From sequence record SRR33789315_132: a stretch of 58,038 nucleotides of DNA; one strand, given 5' to 3'. A program made the translations under genes and the position numbers. The notes under the pieces were generated by a model, which made no database searches, was not told the DNA's origin, and was given only the letters and a program-made list of their open reading frames with translations. Each line of letters opens with the position of its first letter. Position 1 is the first letter of the stretch. Shown here one piece after another: positions 53,701 through 58,038 of the stretch.

Positions 53701-53780
53701 ACTTGCGTGGGTGCCGTCAGTTGATTATGTCCGGCGCCATTCTCGGCTTTAGTGGCGGTATTCGTTGCGCTCTGCGTCAT
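50766..53780 (-). CDS. M16C metallopeptidase (insulinase / presequence protease family)
   Basis: HILEH inverted zinc motif, LNTFMNAFT, GVVFNEMKG, IREQGGAYG, SYRDP. Confidence 0.95.
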   Translation of the reverse strand: MTQSATNTATKAENGAGHNQLTAPTQVHSGFEWLRSQRIPTLNVVMEEYRHKVTGAQYFHLASDDVENVFLVALRTVPMDSKGVAHILEHTVLCGSERYPVRDPFFMMIRRSLNTFMNAFTSSDWTAYPFASKNRKDFNNLLEVYLDAVFFSRLHELDFAQEGHRLEFSEPNNPDSPLEYKGVVFNEMKGAMSSTNSILWQTLSKYLYPTTTYHYNSGGEPEHIPDLSYAELKSFYASHYHPSNAVFMTYGDIPAFEHQARFHDLALARFEKLDINIHVPDEKRYFAPVRVEESYPLSAEESEDGEGQNKTHIVMAWLLGKSIDLDEMFQAQLLSSVLLDNSASPLMNVLETCGLGSSPSPMCGLEDGNREMSFMCGLEGCAKDATAEVEALIRSTLETLARDGVPEEQVQAALHQLELHQREITGDSHPYGLQLIIASLSSAIHGGDPINLLDIDPALARLREQIAQPNFIGHLIQKLLLDNPHNLVLTLQPDPHLSSRQVAAEVQRLKAIKDNLQDGEAQKIIERSKQLSDRQEAQDDSSILPKVGLEDVPADLPMPQSVSSTIDVSGTKMPVSFYPQGTNGICYQQLVIELPQLDDELLAVLPYYTTCLSEFGVGKRSYGEVQTWQSSVSGGVSYYANIRSTVDSEQQSKAIIVLSSKALVGNQAALTDLLYETFNDVRFDEVQRLREIMDQISARRESNITGQGHVLAMALASSGMSPTAQLSHRFTGLAGINSLRSLSKAIKHDEDAKALLAKFQAIHELVKLAPKRVLLVAEEAAQQTITDTLAQRWSAATASSAEFQDLLLPERREQVRQIWTTNTQVNFCAKAYPTVPSSHPDHAALSVLGGFLRNGFLHRTIREQGGAYGGGADQDGNSASFRFYSYRDPRLVETLNDYDRAIEWLLSGQHDERLVEEAILGVISSMDKSTSPAGEAKQAFYNELFGRTREHRLHYRKQVLETQLADLQRVASRYLLPEKASIGLISNSSKIEQVKDLQLELHSV

Positions 53781-53806
53781 GCGGTAACTCCTGATCGTTG
53801 AGTGTG

Positions 53807-56800
53807 CTATCCGGCTTTGAAAACCACATGGACAGCGAGTAATTCAATGCTAGCCTGCTTCATGCATTGGTGCAGTTGCAGGGTCTGGTCTTTCAGATAT
53901 TCAATCTCTGATTCCCTGACATTGGGGTTGACTTGCTTCAATGCAACTAGGCGTTTGATCTCGCCGGTTTGTGTCTTAAGCATGGCGTTGCTGGCATCGC
54001 CCACCTTGAGCGCCATCTCTGCCTGCGCACGTGCCTCGCCCTTACGAAGCAGTTCGATAATGCGTGCTTGATGTTCGGTAATGAGTCCTGCCACTTCGTG
54101 CTTATCGATGTAGCGCAGCCTGTGGCGCACTGGATCTAATGACACTTTGGCCGCACGTTCCTCGTCTATCTCAGGCACGAGTGTATAACTGAAACTTGTG
54201 GCGGGTAGATAGCGCGATATCTGCAAGTGCTTTGGTGCAGGGGCTAAGATGCGGTAAATAGCCTCGATCACGAATTCCTGTTCCGTTATTCCCGCCTCGC
54301 GTCCGTCTACGGCCGGCAATAAACTGGCCGCTGCGCCGCCCTGAGGAGAGTCCAGCACCATATCGATCGCGCCACGCACCATAGGATGTTGCCAAGTCAG
54401 GAATTGAATATCTTCGCGGTGCAGACTCAATTGCCGTGCAAATGTCGCTCCGATGCCATCGTCTGGCAGCCCAGGGAAGGAGGAGACAATCATCTCCTCG
54501 GTGGGGTGAATATTGTAACTATCGTCGGCATTGTGCTCGTAGTGAATGCCGAAGACATCGAAGGCCTCTTTCATATAGGCCTCCGGAGTGCAGGCGGCCT
54601 CGAAGTCTTGAATCTGCCGCACGGTTTGCTCTGCGCTCTTTTTGTTGAAAGAGTTGATCTCTAATAGGCGATCGCGGCCCTGTTCCAGTTCTGTGTTTAG
54701 GTCTCGATTGAGCTGCTTTGCGTCCTGTAGAAACAGTTTAAAAGTGCTCGACTCTAGGTCCGGTGCCAGTAAGTGTTCGTGCAAGGCGCTCTCGTATTGA
54801 CGATAGACGCGATAGGCAGCTGGCGCTACAAAGGTAAAGGCATTGAGTGCCTCCTGATACCACTGGAACAAGGCTTCTTGCGCGCTGCCCTTAAAGATTG
54901 GCACATGAATCTGAATGGTGTGTTTTTGTCCGATGCGATCGAGACGTCCGATACGCTGCTCCAATAGATCAGGGTTCAGAGGCAGATCGAACAGAATCAT
55001 GTGGCGACAGAATTGGAAGTTGCGGCCTTCGCTGCCGATTTCGGAACACACCAAGATTTGCGCGCTACTCTCTGTGCCTGCGAAGTAGGCCGCGGCGCGG
55101 TCGCGATCGAGCAGGTCCATGTGGCGATGAAACACGCTACTGCGGATGCCGGCATTAACGCGCAAGTATTTCTCGAGACTCACGGCGGTCACATCTTGTG
55201 CGCAAATCAACAGAACTTTCTCGCCGCGATTGCTTTGCAGGAAGTCGACCAGCCATTTCACGCGCGGGTCTACCGACGTCCAAGGCAGACTTTGTTCCGC
55301 CTCTTCTTCGTCCATCAATGCCGCAGCGCTGATATAGGCCATCTCGGGTTTGAGATGCGTTTCTAACGCGCTTGGTCGGGCAATGCGCAGGTCGTCATAA
55401 ACCTGTGGCAGTGTGAGCGGGTAGGGGTGTACCACGCGGCTCGGGAAGCCCGTGAGGGATTTGCGAGTATTGCGGAAGAGGATGCGTCCAGTGCCGTGTT
55501 GATCGAGCAGCATGCGCACTAAACGCTCGCGCGCCTCGTCTTGCATTGTGCCGCTCGCAGAACTCGAGGGCATGAGCGGGGCGAGTATCTGATTCACGCT
55601 TTTCGGTTCGTGTCGCGTCGCAAGCACCGCTTCTAAGGCATCCAGTTGTGAGGCCGAGAGGCTGGCCTTACTTACTAGTGCATTGATGGTCGCCGCGAGT
55701 GCATGATAGTCGGCATGCTCCTCATGATAGGCGTCATAATCTGTAAACCGGTTCGGGTCTAGCAGCTGTAATAACGCAAAATGGTTCTCCTGACCCATCT
55801 GCTCAGGCGTTGCCGTGAGCAGCAGGATGCCACGGCTGGATTCGGCAATGCGTTTTACCATCGCATAATCTGTGCGCTTTTTGCGGCGCGGGTCTGCGCT
55901 TGGTGCGCTAAGTACTGCATCATCGCGTAAGTGGTGAGCCTCGTCGACGATACAAAGATCCCACTCGCCATTGATGGCATACTCGTACCATTGCGGTTGG
56001 TTCTGGAACAGATCGACACTAGTTAACACCAGTTGCTCTTCCATGAAGGGGTTGCGCTCACTGCCTTCATCGTCCGCCATGGCCTCGAGTATTTCGCTAC
56101 AGCGTTCATCGTCATAGAGGCTGAAATGCAAACTGAAACGGCGCAGCATCTCGACTAGCCATTGGTTAAGAAGTGCATCGGGCACGATAATGAGCACGCG
56201 ACTCGCCAAGCCCGTGACGAGTTGTTGCTGCAATATCAAACCCGCCTCGATGGTTTTGCCGAGGCCCACCTCGTCCGCCAGCATCACGCGCGGCGCGAAG
56301 CGGGAGGCAACCTCGGAGGCGATATAAAGCTGATGCGGTATTAGATCCGTTCTGCCGCTACACAGTCCCAACACGCGGGATTTTTCGATGTCGCCGAGGC
56401 GCTCTAGCGTATGTTTGCGCAGATAGAACCACTGCGCGGCATCGGTCTGGCCAGAGAATAGGCGCTCCAGCGGCTTATTGAGAGCGAGGGTATCGCTAAG
56501 CAGAGATTCCGGTAGCTTGATCGTCTCGGTCACATCGTCGGCAAGATGAGAGTGGTAGATCACCGTATTGTCGAGTGTAAACACCTCGATCACGATCAAT
56601 TCGTCGCCGTGAATAGTGGTAATGCTGTCCCCTGCAGAGAAGACGATGCGGTTCAGTGGCGCTTGCTGACGCGCGTAGCGGCGCTGTTGATCGCAGGAGC
56701 GAAAGGCGAGGGTGACAGTGCGATGATCGACGTCGGCAACGATGCCAAGGCCTAGTTCGGGTTCTGTCTCACTGAGCCAGCGTTGACCGAGGGCGAAAGT

Positions 56801-56815
56801 ATGGGGGTTCTGCAT
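53807..56815 (-). CDS. rapA: RNA polymerase-associated SNF2 ATPase RapA
   Basis: GQRWLSETEPELGLG, LADEVGLGKT, VDEAHH, SEGRNFQF, EQRIGRLDRIGQ. Confidence 0.97.
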   Translation of the reverse strand: MQNPHTFALGQRWLSETEPELGLGIVADVDHRTVTLAFRSCDQQRRYARQQAPLNRIVFSAGDSITTIHGDELIVIEVFTLDNTVIYHSHLADDVTETIKLPESLLSDTLALNKPLERLFSGQTDAAQWFYLRKHTLERLGDIEKSRVLGLCSGRTDLIPHQLYIASEVASRFAPRVMLADEVGLGKTIEAGLILQQQLVTGLASRVLIIVPDALLNQWLVEMLRRFSLHFSLYDDERCSEILEAMADDEGSERNPFMEEQLVLTSVDLFQNQPQWYEYAINGEWDLCIVDEAHHLRDDAVLSAPSADPRRKKRTDYAMVKRIAESSRGILLLTATPEQMGQENHFALLQLLDPNRFTDYDAYHEEHADYHALAATINALVSKASLSASQLDALEAVLATRHEPKSVNQILAPLMPSSSASGTMQDEARERLVRMLLDQHGTGRILFRNTRKSLTGFPSRVVHPYPLTLPQVYDDLRIARPSALETHLKPEMAYISAAALMDEEEAEQSLPWTSVDPRVKWLVDFLQSNRGEKVLLICAQDVTAVSLEKYLRVNAGIRSSVFHRHMDLLDRDRAAAYFAGTESSAQILVCSEIGSEGRNFQFCRHMILFDLPLNPDLLEQRIGRLDRIGQKHTIQIHVPIFKGSAQEALFQWYQEALNAFTFVAPAAYRVYRQYESALHEHLLAPDLESSTFKLFLQDAKQLNRDLNTELEQGRDRLLEINSFNKKSAEQTVRQIQDFEAACTPEAYMKEAFDVFGIHYEHNADDSYNIHPTEEMIVSSFPGLPDDGIGATFARQLSLHREDIQFLTWQHPMVRGAIDMVLDSPQGGAAASLLPAVDGREAGITEQEFVIEAIYRILAPAPKHLQISRYLPATSFSYTLVPEIDEERAAKVSLDPVRHRLRYIDKHEVAGLITEHQARIIELLRKGEARAQAEMALKVGDASNAMLKTQTGEIKRLVALKQVNPNVRESEIEYLKDQTLQLHQCMKQASIELLAVHVVFKAG

Positions 56816-56910
56816 AGAGCTGGGGCATTTCCTAAGGGGGTTGTCGAGCGCTTCATTTTAGCCGATTTTGGGGGGGCTTGAGAAACAAGATTCCCGTTAT
56901 CAACGCAATT

Positions 56911-57834
56911 CTATTGGGATTCTTCCGCGACAGCGGGGCGTGGGGGGCGTTCTAGAGACATAGGGCCGAAGCGTCCCGCTCGGTAGTCGTTAATCACGAG
57001 TTCAGCCACGCGGTTCCAATCGATGTTCTTGTCTTTGCGAACGCAGCCGCGCGAAATAGCGAGTTCACGCAGGAACGTATCGCTATCGGGGGGTAAGGTC
57101 TCGAGCTTATAGCGCTCCTTTAGCCGCTCCGGGAACTGATCGATCAAGGTTTGTGCCGCAAAAAGGGCGACATCGGAGAACTCCATCGCAGTGCTGCGGA
57201 TAGCGCCGGACAGCGCTAGTCGGTAAGCGGCTGCCTGATCTTCGAGTTTCGGCCAAAGGACCCCAGGAGTATCGACTAGGAACCAGTGGTCGTTGAGCCG
57301 CACCCGCTGCTGGCCCTTGGTGATGGCAGGCTCGTTACCGGTGCGGGCAATCTTCTTACCGAGAAGCTGGTTCATGATCGATGATTTGCCGACGTTGGGT
57401 ATACCGACAATCAGCACCTGATTCTTATGGTTCTGCTTCTTCCAAGCCTTCAGCGCTGCGGCATCAGGATTACTGGGCTCAACTTCCTCGACCACGGGCT
57501 TGGCGGCGTTTACTTTGCGCATAAGCTTCTGACACAGGAACAATACGTCTGCCGTCTCCAGTCGCTTGTCTTTAGAGCTAGTGGCGGCAAAGGCCAGCGG
57601 CTGAGCATTGAAAAAGTCGAGCCATTCGCGAGTAATGTGGGGGTTAGCGAGGTCGGCTTTATTGAGCACATGAAGGCAGGGTTTGCCTACACGCATGGCC
57701 TTGAGCATGGGGTTGGAGCTAGCGTGAGGCATTCTGGCGTCGAGCACTTCGATGACGACATCAATGTCCTTGATGAGGGCGGCCATTTCCTTGTTGGCCT
57801 TGTGCATGTGGCCGGGATACCAGGAGATTGCCAT
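56911..57834 (-). CDS. ylqF: Ribosome biogenesis GTPase YlqF/RbgA
   Basis: ISWYPGHM, EVLDAR, NKAD, GIPNVGKS, DTPGVLWP (circularly permuted GTPase). Confidence 0.96.
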   Translation of the reverse strand: MAISWYPGHMHKANKEMAALIKDIDVVIEVLDARMPHASSNPMLKAMRVGKPCLHVLNKADLANPHITREWLDFFNAQPLAFAATSSKDKRLETADVLFLCQKLMRKVNAAKPVVEEVEPSNPDAAALKAWKKQNHKNQVLIVGIPNVGKSSIMNQLLGKKIARTGNEPAITKGQQRVRLNDHWFLVDTPGVLWPKLEDQAAAYRLALSGAIRSTAMEFSDVALFAAQTLIDQFPERLKERYKLETLPPDSDTFLRELAISRGCVRKDKNIDWNRVAELVINDYRAGRFGPMSLERPPRPAVAEESQ

Positions 57835-58038
57835 AGGAAGTTCGATGCTCAGCTAGAAATGAGCGCGAATTCTACCGTGATTAGCGGTCCAATACACCTT
57901 GAAACGTTTTCTAGGCATATAGCGTTGTGCTTGTAGAGTGCTGCGTCATAAGTTTGAAAGTGAGGAATAGTGCTTCGTAGGGCGCGTTGGTCGCCGGGTA
58001 TAGGGGTTCTGGAACCGCCAAAAAGCGCACATCCCTGT

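Noticed and set aside
57955-58038. Possible start of another palindromic repeat or MITE (CGTAGGGCGCG..., GGAACCGCC...CATCCCTGT)
   Set aside because: Truncated by the window edge and no second copy is available for comparison.

Overview
Chromosomal window from a gammaproteobacterium (smc-zipA-ligA synteny and GTAG/GTGG-type REP palindromes; finer taxonomy cannot be fixed from sequence alone). About 1-30.4 kb is the distal part of a visibly AT-rich, mosaic Wzx/Wzy surface-polysaccharide locus. It holds an amino-sugar N-acylation module (DegT aminotransferase, hexapeptide acyltransferase, FabH-like KASIII, ACP), three sulfotransferases plus a dedicated PAPS module (cysD, cysNC, SLC13 permease, cysQ), five glycosyltransferases, a PL22/Ogl-like lyase, an aldolase/2-hydroxyacid dehydrogenase pair, two monotopic phosphoglycosyl transferases both lacking the catalytic Asp, ugd/uge and an ATP-grasp enzyme. 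Its non-coding gaps hide a decayed ATP-grasp paralogue and a wzx stub cut by an IS3 (IS407-group) remnant. A beta-CASP MBL hydrolase follows, carrying REP elements in frame. At 33.4-41 kb is an unannotated minus-strand block: an outer-membrane beta-barrel, two paralogous ~800-aa Sec-exported Ala/Thr-rich proteins sharing a conserved C-terminal domain (ending GVQVLYGL), and wecA between them. This block is the best candidate for an undescribed glycosylated surface-layer/secretion system. From 41.4 kb on are GC-richer core genes (smc, zipA, ligA, SLT lipoprotein, djlA, M16C peptidase, rapA, ylqF), with a candidate ~96-nt sigma-E-dependent sRNA between djlA and the peptidase. No CRISPR, rRNA or tRNA was seen.
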